Origin: Octopus sinensis
Taxonomy: Eukaryota
NCBI RefSeq assembly: GCF_006345805.1
Contig: NC_043004.1
Span: forward strand, 30,132,001-30,196,000
DNA length: 64,000 nt
Reading direction: 5' to 3'
Below the pieces are notes generated by a model, which saw only the letters and a program-made list of their open reading frames with translations, was not told the origin of the DNA and did not search any database. Positions 38,700-53,040 of this stretch are shown here, piece after piece (position 1 is the first letter of the stretch; every line of letters begins with the position of its first letter). Position numbers and translations under genes: made by a program.

Positions 38700-38925
38700 A
38701 TTTTACTCCACACTTCTCACACGAGTGGCACTGTGGACTTGCTTGGATATCCCTGGAAAACTTGCTTGATCAATGCTTTTCAGCCGTGTCTCTGCCTGCT
38801 TCTGCAGTTCAATACCACAATGTCTGTCTGTAAGGGGAAAACTGTACCATCTTCCCAGGCTTTTGACACTTTGCTTATGAACAGTTGGTATATGCTCTCC
38901 TCCGATGCAGAAAACCAAATTTATG
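38700..38925 (-). mobile_element. Hero/R2-group-like LINE RT thumb fragment
   Basis: FCIGGEHIPTVHKQSVKSLGRWY..LTDRH..LKSIDQASFPG. Confidence 0.6.
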
Positions 38926-39660
38926 AGGACATCTGTGTTTCAAGTAAAAGAACTCCATTTAATGTTTAATATGATGTAAATGTAAGTGCAATGAAGGCAT
39001 TTTTGGTGGAATTGTTCTAACAATTTGAAATATCTTTAATAATATGTCCATGTTGCAGAAGAATACAACAAGGATGGTAAGACAAACAATTTATAAAGAG
39101 CCAATTTTGTGTCATTATTTACATGTCATTTAACAAAGCGGAAGGGCTCTTATATGGGTATGCGTTCCTCTGCCATTCAAACAATATGGCCAGACCATCT
39201 CATTTGGTTTTTCAGAATCATTGCTTTAATTGAAGAGATGCATGAAGATGCAAGGACATCTGTGCTTGGAGTAAAAGAACTCCATTTAATGTTTAATGTG
39301 ATGTAAATGTAAATGTATATATATTTCCATAACTGTCACCCCTGAAGAATGCAGGGTAGCACAATCAGGCTGTTACCTAACATTCCATTGAATCCCTAGC
39401 ATGAAACTGACTGGTAAGATCAGCTGTAGTGGATATATTATACTGTACACTTCGAATATATATATATATATATCATCATTGCTTAACATCTGCCTTCCAT
39501 GCTGGCATGGATTGGATGGTTTCACAGGAGCTGAAGGCTACACCAGGCTTCTGTGTCCATTATGGCATAATTTTTAGAGCTGGATGCCCTTCCTAGCTTC
39601 AGCTACCCTGCATAGTGGACTGAGTGCTTCTTTATGTGGCACTAGCACAAGCAATGTCAG

Positions 39661-39702
<42 letters not shown>

Positions 39703-40763
39703 TCACACATATGTGTGTGTATGTATGTATGTATGTACTCTTTACTCTCTTTTACTTGTTACAGTCATTTGACTGCGGCCATGCTGGAGCACCGCCTTTA
39801 GTCAAGCAAATCGACCTTGGAACTTATTCTTTGTAAGCCCAGTACTTATTCTATCGGTCTCTTTTGCCAAGCCACTAAGTGACGGGGATGTAAACACACA
39901 TTGGTTGTCAAGCAATGCTTGGGGGACAAACACAGACATACAAACACACACACCCACATATACATATATATATATATATATACATATATACGACAGGCTT
40001 CTTTCAGTTTCCAACTACCAAATCCACTCACAAGATGCCACGCAGTGGGACTGAACCCGGAACCATGTGGTTGGTTAGCAAGCTACTTACCACACAGCCA
40101 CTACTGCGCCTATGTATATATATATGTAAATAATGCTTTGTATGCATGTATATGCATATATTTAAATATATATATGTTTTATATCTTAAACAGACTTCAT
40201 AACATTGTTCATATTGGAACATTCTGTTTAATGTAAAAGTATTCATTTTCTGTGAATAAATGGTCAACATACATAGACCATTGTTTAATATTTGTAAATC
40301 TTTGATGACAAGATCTTCAGATTCAACAATCTTGGTTGGTTTCTTTTTAACAAACTACAGTATTTCTTATTGTAAATGCAGACACCAATTCTTATGCTGA
40401 AAGCATAGATTCCTACTAAAGAATTTTCTGAAATATTTCTTTTCACTTAAATTTATTTATGTTAACCTTGATTATGAAACCATGTTGTGAGATATTTCAA
40501 TTTGTTCTTATCAACTGAGTCAAATCACACACACACACCCACCCACACACCCACCCACCCACACCCCCACACCCACACACATTTAGAAGCATATATGCAA
40601 CATTTCACTGAGATCATAGCGAAAAAATGAACAGAGAAAGATAAAATCTGAAATTGCTACACAAGTTTATTTTTTTAAGAAAATATAATTTTCACTGATT
40701 TGTGTAGATTTTCAGTTAATTTTTTCTCAGATTAACAAAGAGAAAGAAAAGAGAAATGGAAAC

Positions 40764-40794
<31 letters not shown>

Positions 40795-41549
40795 CATTGA
40801 AATAAGTTTTGATGATTGAATATTTATGCATCTAACAATCTGTAAATATGTGTATGGTACTTATATATCTATATATAATTGTATGTGTGCATGTGTATAT
40901 GTGTGTGTGTATATATGTATATGTGCATTCATATATGCATGCAGGTATAGATATAGGTGTGTCCATACATGTAGGTATACATACAAATGTGTATTATGTA
41001 GTTTTTTAAGAATCCATAAGTCAGAAAAATAGGCACTTGTATATTTGTCAATACAGTAGGTGTGCTAATCTGTGTGGCTGGGAGGTTTGCTTCCCAACTG
41101 GTTTCAGGTTCAATACCACTGCATGGCACCTTAAGCAAACATCTTCTACTATAGTCTCTAGTAGGCAGAAACAGAATGAAGCCTATTGTGTATATGCATG
41201 CACACACACACACACACATGAGGTGGTATCAAAAAGTTCCTGAACTAGTTCTATAGTCCACCAAAAGATGGTAGCACATAGTTGCATGTGCAGTGAGAGA
41301 AATGGGCTTGAAAAGCACACTTCTTACTATACAGCCATGCCAGTTTGTATATACATGCACACACACACACACAGACGTGTGTGTGTGTGTGTGTGTAGAT
41401 ATATGTGTACATACATACATACATATGTATGCACACCCACACCCATGCACGAGCACACACAGAGACACACACACGTCGGTAAATTTCTTGTGTGGCTCAA
41501 TGTATATACTTTATTTGACAACCTCTACTGTTGGTATCATATACACCTA

Positions 41550-41765
41550 TAAAGGTGGCGAGCTGGTAGAATCGTTAGCACATCAGGTGAGATACTTCAT
41601 AGTATTTTCTGTTTTCTTGTTCTGAGTTCAAATGCTGCCAAGGTCAACTTTGCCTTTCATTCTTTCGGGATTAATGAAATAAGTACCAGTTGAGTACAGG
41701 GATCAATGTAATTAATTTTCCCACTTCCCTGAAATTACTGGTCTTATGCCAAAATTTGAAATCGA
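41550..41765 (+). mobile_element. Family A SINE
   Basis: TSD tatcatatacacc at ~41535 and ~41766. Confidence 0.85.
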
Positions 41766-42012
41766 TATCATATACACCCATATAATGGTTTCTTTCATAA
41801 TATGATGAATGTACCATTACTACACTACATTACATCATTACAGCCTTCACACAGTTATGGAGTCAAGAAGATGACTGCCCAATATTCAACAAAATTATGA
41901 GCCGGGGAAGATTTCAACAGATTTTACAAGTATTGCATTTTGATGATGCTAGTGCAAGAAGAAAAAAAGAGAAGTGATAATAAATTGGAACCCATAAGAG
42001 AAGTATTTGAGA

Positions 42013-43014
42013 CTAGCAGTATCACCTGGTGTTGCTTGGGTTTGTTTCGACCCTTTAGAATTGGAATTTTTGAAAAGTAAAAATTTTGCATTATGCAACT
42101 TGTTATTCTCTTCAAGTGAACCTTTTTCCAGTTGAAATACACTGAAAAATGGTGACACAGCAGTCAAAAATCGTAAAAAATAGGGATTTTCATAGAAAAA
42201 AAGCACCTTTTTGATGTAAATAATTTTTGGTGTTAACATGGTCCAATTTGAATTTTATCTTCTACAGAATGAAGAGCAAGCCTTCTTCTATCATACTCTC
42301 AATTTTGGTCAACTTGTGCTGCAGGGTCTTGAACGAGATAGTGTTAGTTGAAGGCTACCAAACCTGCCACACACAGACAACTTCAGCTTTATCTATATAT
42401 AGATTTGCTGCACACTACTTTCCATCCTTAATAATGAAACTTGGTAGATCCAAAAGTTAAACACACAGACACACACACAGATACACACACAGACACACAA
42501 GTTGAGTTTTATATATATAGATTTCTCAACGGGGATTTCAGGGGAGAGTTTCAGGGAGTCGCTGGCGATTTATTGTGATGATCAAAAATCTGGCCTGCTA
42601 AAATTTGGTTAAAGTGATTCAAACTGCAGACTCAACGCAAAATGGTCACATTTAATTCAAAGCATTAAAAATGTTATGAAAACAACTGGTACGTGTTCAC
42701 AAAGTCCAAATGATTAATACGAAAAAACAATTTATGCATGCTTGCATGCGTGGTGAACACAGTTCATGTCAAACAGCTGACTGAGTAAAGTTCACTATTC
42801 AATGCATGGGATAAGGCCTAAACAAAAACATTTTTGCACTTGCGAGATGAATTTCGGAACAGAAATAGCGCAGTTCAATTTTCATTCGCCTAAACTTTAA
42901 GTGACCCATTTTTGGTGGTTCTATGATTTGTTGGCTAGGAGGAGATGTGCTGGGAAGTTAAACACACAGACACACACACAGATACACACACAAGTTGAGT
43001 TTTATATATATAGA
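42013..43014 (-). mobile_element. Non-autonomous Helitron(s): one 3' end, three stacked 5' ends
   Basis: 3' end cccaagcaacaccaggtgatactgCTAG-T at 42013-42040. 5' TC-TATATA..TAAA starts at 42403, 42521 and 43014, each preceded by A. Confidence 0.82.
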
Positions 43015-43315
43015 TATCTGATAAATATCTAGGAAAATAATATTTGATACCACTTTTATTCTGTTTAGAATGACAAAAGTATAGTCTGAATTTAATTTGA
43101 GGGTCCAATGGAGCCAAATGGCAATTAATGTATAAAGTGAAACTTTCTAGCTTTTATAAACATATGGAAAATTTCCCATTTAACAAATAAAAGAGAGCCA
43201 AGAATAAATAAGAGTCACGAGAAATCAACTGAATCAAATAATATAAACAGTAGGAAAAAGCAACTGAAAAAAACTGAAATGGGTCCATTGGACCCATTGG
43301 TAGACAGAAGGTTAA
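43015..43315. mobile_element. Right end of a TTAA-type DNA transposon
   Basis: Subterminal palindrome tgggtccattggaccca followed by cagaagg-TTAA. Confidence 0.45.
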
Positions 43316-44012
43316 TCAGGTAACTAGTGATATCAAGAATCTTTTAAAGTGTTATATTTCAAGAGGATTTTATTTCTAATTGCCATTTATTCCAAATCCC
43401 TTCAAGTAACAGTACATGTCTGAAGCGTCTTCTAAAATTTAAACAGCCCTTAACATTGTATGTTCAAATCTGATCTAAAAGCCTTTCTCTGATAGGTTAA
43501 TTCCACACAGTATTAGATCAACCACATTCTATTCAGTTCAACTATATTTAACTTTTAAACATTTAAACCAACCATATCAGGCTCAAATATTCAAACTGGC
43601 CAGATTCAGCCTCTCACACCAATCCTACTATGTCATTCTAAATACAAACAGTTACATTATTGAAATCTCGAAGCTATAAGATAATGCATGATTAATTCAA
43701 ACAAGACCAATAAATAAGCATTACTGTTGAGAGAGAAATCTCAATGCTAAAAGCTCAGACTTCAAAAAGCTAACGTTTTTCACACCTCTCACATCCATTG
43801 TTTCCTTCAAGTGATTTTTTTTTACAATAAAAATCTGTTTTTACCATTGAAGTTATTCAAGAAGATCATTGACTATATCTACCTCATTTCTCTGTCTGTA
43901 AATCTGGGAAGGCCATTGGGTATAGCTCTTCCTGAACAAACTATAAATTGTATTATAATTAGATAATAAAATTACAAAATTAAAAAACCAAACTATTGCA
44001 TAACTAAAATAT

Positions 44013-44228
44013 TCTTTTCTGCTCTAGGTACAATGCTTGAAATTTTGGGGGAGGGAGGAAGTCAATTAAATCAACCTCAGTACGCAACTGGTACTTAATT
44101 TGTCGACCCTGAAAGGATGAAAGGCAAAGTCGACCTCGGTGGAATTTGAACTCAGAACGTAAAGACAGACGAAATACTGTTAAGAATTTTGCCCAGCATG
44201 CTACCGTTTCTGCCAGTCTGCCGCTTCT
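44013..44228 (-). mobile_element. Family A SINE
   Basis: TSD ataactaaaatatt on both sides. Confidence 0.85.
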
Positions 44229-44639
44229 GTATAACTAAAATATTGAAAAAGCATGTGAGTAGGGAAATTGTAAACAGTCACACATCATCACCATTGTTGC
44301 TATCATCATCCCTGTCATTACCATCATCATCATTTCATGTCTGCTTTTCTTGTTGACATGGCTTGTTCCAGAGGATCCTATGAGTTAGAATACTGGATTG
44401 TGTTAAAATGTCTGTTTCAGCTTAGTTGGACGCCCTTCATATGCCAACCACTTTATTGGGTGTACTAGGTGTTTTTACATGGAATCAGCACTAGTATGAT
44501 TGCCTTGCAACATGTAAGATTACTATGTAAGATTGTAAGATTAATGTGTGTGTGTGTATACACATACATATATATACATTATATATATATACATACACAC
44601 ACACACATATATATACATACACATAAATACATATATATG

Positions 44640-44930
44640 TAGGCGTAGGAGTGGCTGTGAGGTAAGTAGATTGCTTATCAGCCACATGGTTCCTGGTTCA
44701 GTCTCACTTTGTGGTACCTTGGGCAAGTATCTCCTACTATAGCCTCAGGCTGACCAAAGCCTTCTGAGTGGATTTGGTAGACAGAAACTGAAAGAAGCCT
44801 GTCGTATATATGTATATATATATATATATAGGTATGTGTGTGTATATGTTTGTGTGCCTGTGTTTTCCCTCCCCAACATCGCTTGACAACCGATGCTGGT
44901 GTGTTTACATCCCCGTAACTTAGCAGTTAG
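44640..44930 (+). mobile_element. Family B SINE
   Basis: ggcgtaggagtggctgtg head, ggttcagtc B box, accttgggcaagt CORE-like block. Confidence 0.85.
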
Positions 44931-44939
44931 ATCAACGTA

Positions 44940-45430
44940 CCTCCTCTTCCTCCTCCCTATCTCCTCCCCTTCCCTCTCTCCTCCTCTTCTTCTTCCTCCA
45001 CCTCTTCCCTCTCACCTCTCACCTCTCTTCCTCCTTCCCTTCCCTCTTTCCTCTCCCTTCATATTCCTCTTCCTCCACCTCCTCCTCTTCTACCTCCCTA
45101 TCTCCTCTGCCCTCTCTTCTCTCTTCTCTCCTCTTTCAATCCTCCTTCTCACTCCATCTCTCTTTTCCTTCTCCCTCCATCCCTCTTCTCCCTCCATCTC
45201 TCTCCTCCCCCTCATCCCCTCCCTCCATCCCTCTTCTCCCTCCATCCCTCTCGTCCTCCCCCCTCTTCTGCTCCTCTACAGGTCATGCTCCCCAACATGT
45301 CCTGCTCCTCCACATGTCCTTCAACCACACCCCTTCTTTCCCCACCCCCCTCTTATTAACATTCCCCATTTTCCACTGCCACCACCATCTGCACCACAAC
45401 CACTGTCTTCTTCCTCACCTCCACTACACT
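44940..45430. repeat. Polypyrimidine (CT-rich) low-complexity tract
   Basis: Direct reading; it accounts for the P/L/S-rich ORF 44893-45432. Confidence 0.9.
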
Positions 45431-47491
45431 AGACTGCCATCTCAATCCTTCTTGTACTCTCCTTGTTCAATTACTATATCTTAAATTGGCAAAGTGTTGT
45501 TGGTTTCTAATGCTAAAAGAGAAAGCATGCTTAAATGTTCAACAACATAATATACAATCATTTCCTTAATTCTGTATCTTGAAAACGAAATGAAAAATAC
45601 ATAGCTTCAAGAAGCCAAGAAATCTCATAAATATTGTCATTCAATCTTTATATAATTTTTTAAAAGATCAGAGGTTAAGGAAATGGATGTGTTACTTAGT
45701 CTATAAAATATTTCAATTATGACAACTTCAAATAAGACACTTATATGGGTGTTGAGTAGAACTATGAAGTTTGAATGGCAATTAAATTAGAAAAATAAGA
45801 TTGTCAGTCTTTTAATTAGGTGTAATTAAGAAGTTCTCTTTGCAGCCATATTGTTTCAGGTTCAATTCCAATGTGTTGCTTGGGAAAGTGTCTTCTACTA
45901 TTACCCTTGTTCAATCAATACCTTGTGAGGGAATGTGATATATGGAAACTGTGTAGAAGCTCATTATACACACTCATACACATATAGAAGGGTTAGGGTT
46001 TATCCATTCACACATATACACACATATAGAAAGATTAGGGTTTATCCATTCACACATGCTCACACATATATACATGTGTTTATCTTTGTGCTTGTGTTTG
46101 TCCCCATTACATTGCTTGTCAACCGGTGTTGGTTTATTTATGTCCCTGTAATTTTATGGTTTGGTGAAACAGATCAATAGAATAATTACCAGACCTTAAA
46201 AAATAAATACTGGCGTCACTGGAGCCAATTTGTTCTGCAAAACACTCCAAGGCAGTGTTCCAGCATGGACTCAAACATGTGAAAGATAAAAGTGATAAAA
46301 ATATTGAGCCATCATTCACAGCACAGGCCATGCTGGAATGTCCTGCATATTTGTACTACAAAACTGCTAGTGGCTGCTTAACCTGCTAGAAATGATGGCA
46401 ACATCTCTCTCAAACAACACCCTACTGTCTTCAATAAGGAATGAACACAATGAATAATACTGTCCTAGACATGTCTGTAAAATAACAGGATGGTCACAGA
46501 TGGACTGTCTTTGACATAGGTCTACTTGGTCAACAGCATGCAACAAAATGATTTAATGGAATGTGTTCAGAAATTATATTTAGAAATATGGCTATATTTA
46601 ATACATTAGAGATAAAAAAAATGATTGAGATAGTTGACTACACTTCCTCTTTACATCATACGCAATTTACATATATAACAATTATTTTACTTTAAGTCAC
46701 TGGGTAGTCTAATATATTCACAGTATTCAACATTGTTACTGAAAAGATGTTTTTTTTCCTTCTTTTTTATTATTATTTTTTTTTACAATATGATGGCGTT
46801 ATTAGACATTGAAATCAATGAAATACAGTGATAAGTTCTTGTTTACAAACCTTAGGATATTTTTAGCTTTGATGATTGATTTTTTTTATCTGATACACAA
46901 AATAGAGTATTGTTTGCACATTTATGAAGCCAGTTTTGTGAAAGGTATAAACAGAGTTACCAGAATAATACAGGCGTAAGTAATGAAAGGAAATATTGAA
47001 GCTATTCCTCAGTATTTAGCTGTTTTGGGAAACAAAGTCTCTATATAATAATAGTCAATATAAATGTTGGTTGGTTGGTTGACTTCGCCACACTTTACAA
47101 CACGTACAGAGACAGGGAATGAATGTAAAACAGAAATACAAAGAGAGTTAATATAAGAGGTACTGGATGAGTGCACATACCATGCTGGATGGCAGGCAGT
47201 GAGTAAAGTAATGTCCTCCCCATCACACATAAAGAATCATAAAGGCAGAGAAGAAGGAGGCAAAGAAGGAAGAGAAAGAGGAGGGATGTAAATGCAGAGT
47301 AGTTATGGAGGGAGTTATACAAATGGAAAATTTGTTTTAATTTTGTTTCAAAATAATAAATACTTATTCTTTTGAAAATTAATATTTATTTCACCAAGAA
47401 ATTTTATGAAAGTTAAATTTCTTGATATTACCCATGGTGGCAAAAGAATATTTCCTAAAATATTTGCCATATGTCAAGTAACTCTTTAGTA

Positions 47492-48422
47492 TATGAGGGG
47501 GTATCCAGAAATAATGGAAATGTTCTCTGTGGGACAAACCCATTGTAGTTCAGGCTTCTGCCACTAGAAGCCACTTGATGCAACCCTCATGCATCAGTCT
47601 GTTGACTGGTGTCATTTGGTGAAATTGTACGACCACATGGTGCATCTTTGTTTTGCAGTGCTTCTCCCCTGTTTGTTGTATTTTGTGATGGCTGAAATGA
47701 AAGAACAGCATGCTTGTGTGAAATTCTGTTTACCACTGGGGAAAATAGTAGCTGAAACAGTTGTCATGCTTCAAACAGCTTACTAGGATGCCGCTATAAG
47801 TAAAACAAGTTTATGAGTGGTTTGCACGCTTTAGAATGGTGATTGAAGACCAACCTCATTTAGGATGGCCATCGACTTCCTGAATGAATGAAAACATTAT
47901 GAAATTGTTTTTACCACTGGGGAAAATGGCAACCGGAACAGCTGTCATGCTTCAAACAGTTTACAAGGATGCTGCCATAAACATATAAATAAATATGACT
48001 GGTGTGTCCTGGAACTCCAGCCAATGAATTTTGAGCGAGGAATTGTGAATGAAAAGAGTTACAGCAAAATTTGTGCTTTGCTTGCTCAAAGAAGATCAAA
48101 AGCAGTCACAACTGAATGCTTGTCATGAACTGAAAGAACAGTTGGAAGTTGATCCGGACCTTATTTCGGGAGTCATCACTGGTGACAAAAGCTGGTGCTA
48201 TGGAATTTGCAGATGTGGAAGTGGTGAAGAAAAAAACGATGGAGGTGTTAAAAGGCATCACTTCACATGAGTTCCAGTAATGCTTCAAATAGTGGAAAAT
48301 GCACCTGGACCATTGCATTGCTTCAAATGGAGAATATTTTGAAGCTGAAAAAAGTGTAAACATGTTAAACAAAGTGAATAAAACAATATTGCAAAGTTCT
48401 GGTTTATTTTGGGTACCCGCCT

Positions 48423-48426
<4 letters not shown>
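47492..48426 (+). mobile_element. Internally deleted mariner with both TIRs
   Basis: TA-tgagggggtatccagaaataa...ttattttgggtacccgccttg-TA. Peptides EQHACVKFC..GK...ETVVMLQTAY, AKFVLCLLKEDQK, VITGDKSWCYG and CIASNGEYFE. Confidence 0.9.
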
Positions 48427-48459
<33 letters not shown>

Positions 48460-49048
48460 TTATAGAAGGAGCTTCTACAGGACTAGTACTGTTTCATTCA
48501 AATGAAATCATCAGGAAGCTCATATATATATATAGGCATGGCTGTGTGGTATGAAGCTTGCTTCCCAACCACATGGTTCTGGGTTCAGTCCCACTGTGTG
48601 GCACCCTTGGTAAGCATCTTCTGCTATACCTCAGGCTGACCAAAGCCTTCTGAGTGGATTTGGTAGATGTAAACTGAAAAAGGAACCCTGTCGTATATGT
48701 GTGTGTTTGTGTTTGTGTATGTATCATATATACAAAATAATAGACAGGCTGTCATGAGAACAAAATGTATGTGTGTGTATAAGCATAAATGTATGTGCAT
48801 GTGTTAAGTACATTTAAGGATGGTAATAAGAAAGTGAAAGAGTCTATAGCTAATTTATAATGATACCTATATATTATTTTTGTCCATGTCTTTACACCAT
48901 TATAAGTATGTTCATTATCATCGTACGGTGTCCTATCTGCCACATCTACCCTCAATTTAAAATAGAATAAATTAAATATTGCTAGAATACGTAGTACCAC
49001 ATACACTTTTTCTCGTAGACTTGTTCCCTGTAAATGTATCAGTATGCA

Positions 49049-49099
<51 letters not shown>

Positions 49100-49215
49100 A
49101 TATAAACTATTTATATATATATATAAACTGTTCTTTCAACATGTGATCTCTTAAGCACCACCAGCTCAAATATTTTCTCCTCTGTCTTCCCTCCTTGGGA
49201 TATTTCCTTCTCCTT

Positions 49216-49250
49216 GTTTCCGACGAAGAGCTCCGCTCGAAACGCTAAAC
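49216..49250 (+). ncRNA. Minimal hammerhead-like motif in a short TA-flanked element (49130-49355)
   Basis: gttt-CCGACGA-A-GAGC-TCC-GCTC-GAAA-CG-CT-aaac; stems I and II are perfect. Confidence 0.65.
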
Positions 49251-50415
49251 CCTCCTTCCCTTCTTTCCTGAGCGTCAATAATACTTTAATTGTTCCACGT
49301 CCTGCATTGCTGTGTTTTTTTCTCTTTTTTTCTGTGTTTTCTTGTTTGGATTAACTTTATATATAAACTAATATTCTTTTCTTTGATAGGAATTTTAATA
49401 TATGAATTACTTCTCGTATTTTTAATAGACATATTTTCGCACCTATTACTCCATAAATAAATAAATAATTTTTTTTCTTATATTCACATTTACCATTATC
49501 TAAGTTAGACAATTATTTATAAAATATTACTATAGACTTCTCACCCCCTTTATGCCAAGCTAGATTTCAACTCATATTGTAATTTTTATTATTCATACAA
49601 AAACATAATCACGCTACAAAATATAGAAAAGTACAACTTATTTCAAAAACATTTTTACGACTTTGTCTCAGCCTTATCTCCACTACATTGTTATTTTTTT
49701 TCTCTCAACCTCTCAAAAATACTTCATTATCATTGAACGTTTTTTTTTTCAGTATTCTTAGCCATAGCAAGTATTTTCTTTCTTAATTCTGTAACATTAA
49801 CAACTATTCTTCTATCTTTATTTCTTTATCTTATATTTATTTCACACAAATGAATATAAGTTTTTACACTAAAAAGATTTTTTCCCATTATATAAAACTA
49901 TTAAGTACTCCCTCACAACTCCATATCTTTTTTCGTTTGGAATTCAAGTAGCTTAAATAAAACTATATTAACTACTTTCTATTTCTTATTCACACACAAG
50001 AAATTCTCTTTCTTTAAATAATTTCTTTAAATATACACCATACTTAATATTTCTTATATATCACTTATAACTGTCAAATCAAATATTAAATTAAATATAG
50101 CTATGCTGTTCCATTGGACGCTCATATATATTATATTTTACTGCTTATGATAAATGCTTTATATGGAGTGTATATCACTTAATTACTTATTTTCATACAG
50201 AGCAAATGTTTCTTAAACATCTTTCACTAATATTTTCAAATAACTGTTAGCCACATCAGTTTTAGTTCATACACAACTAGACTCAACAACACTATCTTAG
50301 CATGGTCTTAATCTTTCATTAGGATAATATGTATATCTGAATATGTTATGTGATACTCACTCCATCAAGTCTTCTGTAACAATAATAATATTATTTTTTT
50401 CATGTATTCTTTTTT

Positions 50416-50527
50416 TGCACTGAAGAGAACACTAATATGTAATTAATTTAATTTTAATTAAATCAATTTCTAATTTTCTACCATTTTATTTACATGTTAA
50501 TATTGCTGTTTGAAACGATTGTATGCA
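50416..50527 (+). ncRNA. Type I hammerhead motif with intact core and very long AT-rich stem II
   Basis: tgca-CTGAAGA-GAACA...(~75 nt)...TGTTT-GAAA-C-GATT-G-TA-tgca. Canonical core and GTA triplet. Confidence 0.75.
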
Positions 50528-50632
50528 TGGATAAAATTCTTTTCAAATTTTTAACATCTTCTCTTCTCTATCTTTAACAGTTTGTTGAGTTTCTATAGAA
50601 TACTTGTTCTATAGATTCTCATAACACACCTT

Positions 50633-50751
<119 letters not shown>

Positions 50752-51479
50752 ATATATAAACACCTTTTGAGTATTGGGCCTCACAGAGATGATGACAAAT
50801 GACTGAGACTTTTGGCAGTATGCAGTGCTTGAGAAGAAACCCCATCAAGCCAAGTGAAATTGTAGTTGTGGCAGATACTAGTGTCATGCAACTGGCACCG
50901 GTGCCAGTGGCATGTAAGAGCACCCATTACACTCTATGAGTGGTTGGCATTAGGAAGGGTATCCAGCAGTAGGAACCATGCCAAATCAAACTGGAGTCTG
51001 GCGCAGCCCCTCTGCTTACCAGCTCTGGTCAAACTGTCCAACCCATGCCAGCATGGACAATGGACGTCAAATGATGATGATGATGGATATATATATATAT
51101 ATATATAAAATTGGCTCTTCTTTACAACCAGAATGGTTTCATCCTATTTCAAGGTTTGCTATAAAGACAACATACAACATTTCAAATATTTTTCTGGAAC
51201 ATTCAAAATCTCTTGAAAAGTTACGCAATATCTTCCTTGAACTCATATGCAAACAAGCATTCCTAACATGATGGTATCAGGGAGAGTTTCAGCACTGATC
51301 AGTATCTGATTCTCTAAGAAAATTAAGTCTGACTCATATTTGTAGATGTTTAAAAATTTTATGAACAGAAACATCCAAGATTACTTCACAGATGCACTTG
51401 TCAAAACACTACAACCAGTTTTAGGCTTCTCCTACATCTTCTACCACAACCTCTACTTAACTGAAACAGCAAGCTGCAT

Positions 51480-53040
51480 GATACCTCCACCTAAATTCCT
51501 TATAATTTGTTCACCTCTCCCTAAATTCGTTATGATTTACCCAATCTCAATTAAATTCATCACAATTTATCCATCTACAACTAAATTCATTATAACCTAG
51601 CTTCATCCTTTAAATTCATTGCAAAATACCCATCTAAATTCATTAAAATTTACCTACCTCCAACAAAATTTATTACTCCTGCATCCAAATTTATTATTAT
51701 CTACCAACCCTTCAAAATTCATTAAATTTACCAACCTTGCTCTAAATTCGTTAAAATTTACCCACCTCTAACAATTGTAATTTACCCATGTCCACCTAAA
51801 TTTTCTATAATTTATATCCTCCACCTAAATGCACAATAATTTAGCCACCTCTACTCAAATTCATTATAATTTATCCACCTCCAACTAAATTCATTAAGTC
51901 CACCCACCTTCACCTAAAATAATTATAATTTACCAACCCTTCACTAAATGCACTATAATTTACCCACCTCTACTCAAATCCATCGTAATTTACCCACCTT
52001 CAACTAAGTTTATTAAATTTACTCACTTCCACCTAAATTCATCATGATTTATCCATTTTCACTGACTTCCATTATAATTTATTTCAAATGCCTAAATTCA
52101 TTATAATTTACCCACCTCCACCTAAATTCATTATGATTTACATAACTTCTGCTAAATTCATCATCATTTACCTCCAACTAAATCTATTATAATTTCATAA
52201 TCTCCACCTAAATTCATTACAATTTACCCACCTTCATCCAAATTCAATATAATTTACCTACCTTCACCTAAATTTATTATAAGTTACCCACCCTTCTAAA
52301 TTTCTTAAATTTACCCATCCTCCTCTGAATTCATTATAATTTAATCATCTCCAGTTAAATTCCTTAAAATTTACCCATCTCCAACAAATTCATTTTAATT
52401 TATCTATCCCCACCTAAATTCACTACAATTTAGCCACCTCTACTCAAATTCACCTCCAACTAGGTTAAGTTTACCAGTCTGCACCTAAAATCATTATAAT
52501 TTGCCTATCCTCTTCTAAAGTCACTATAGTTTACCCACCTCTATCTAAATTTGTCATACTTTATCCACCTCTACTTAAATTCCTTATATTTATGTCCCAC
52601 ACCTAAATTCATTATAATTTATCTACTTGTATTTAAATTTATCATTATTTACCCACCTCAAGTAAATTCATTATAACTTCCCCACCTCTATCTAAATTTA
52701 TTATAACTTACTCACCTCCACCCAAATTGATTAAAATTTACCCTCCTCCACTTCATTATAATTTTTCCACCTTCCTTAAATATATCATAATTTACTCATC
52801 TCCACCAAAATTCATTAAAACTTATTCACCCCAATCAAATTCATTATAATTTACCCACCTCCAACTAAATTAATTAAAATTTACCCACTTCTACTTAGTT
52901 TCATTATAATTTTCTCATCTATCCTAAATTTATTATAATTTACCCACCTCCATCTAAATTCATTATAATTTACCCTCCTTCACCTAAATTCATAAAATTT
53001 ACCCATTCTCTCTTAAATTCATTATTATTTACCTCCCCCC
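51480..53040. repeat. Diverged 30-bp minisatellite (~50 units), consensus aaattcattataatttacccacctccacct
   Basis: Direct reading, e.g. 52094-52123. Confidence 0.92.

Noticed and set aside
44893-45432. 179-aa proline/leucine-rich ORF
   Set aside because: A by-product of a CT low-complexity tract that starts inside a SINE.
51480-53040. CRISPR-like array or repetitive protein CDS
   Set aside because: The units are contiguous with no unique spacers, there are no cas genes, the context is eukaryotic and stop codons are frequent.
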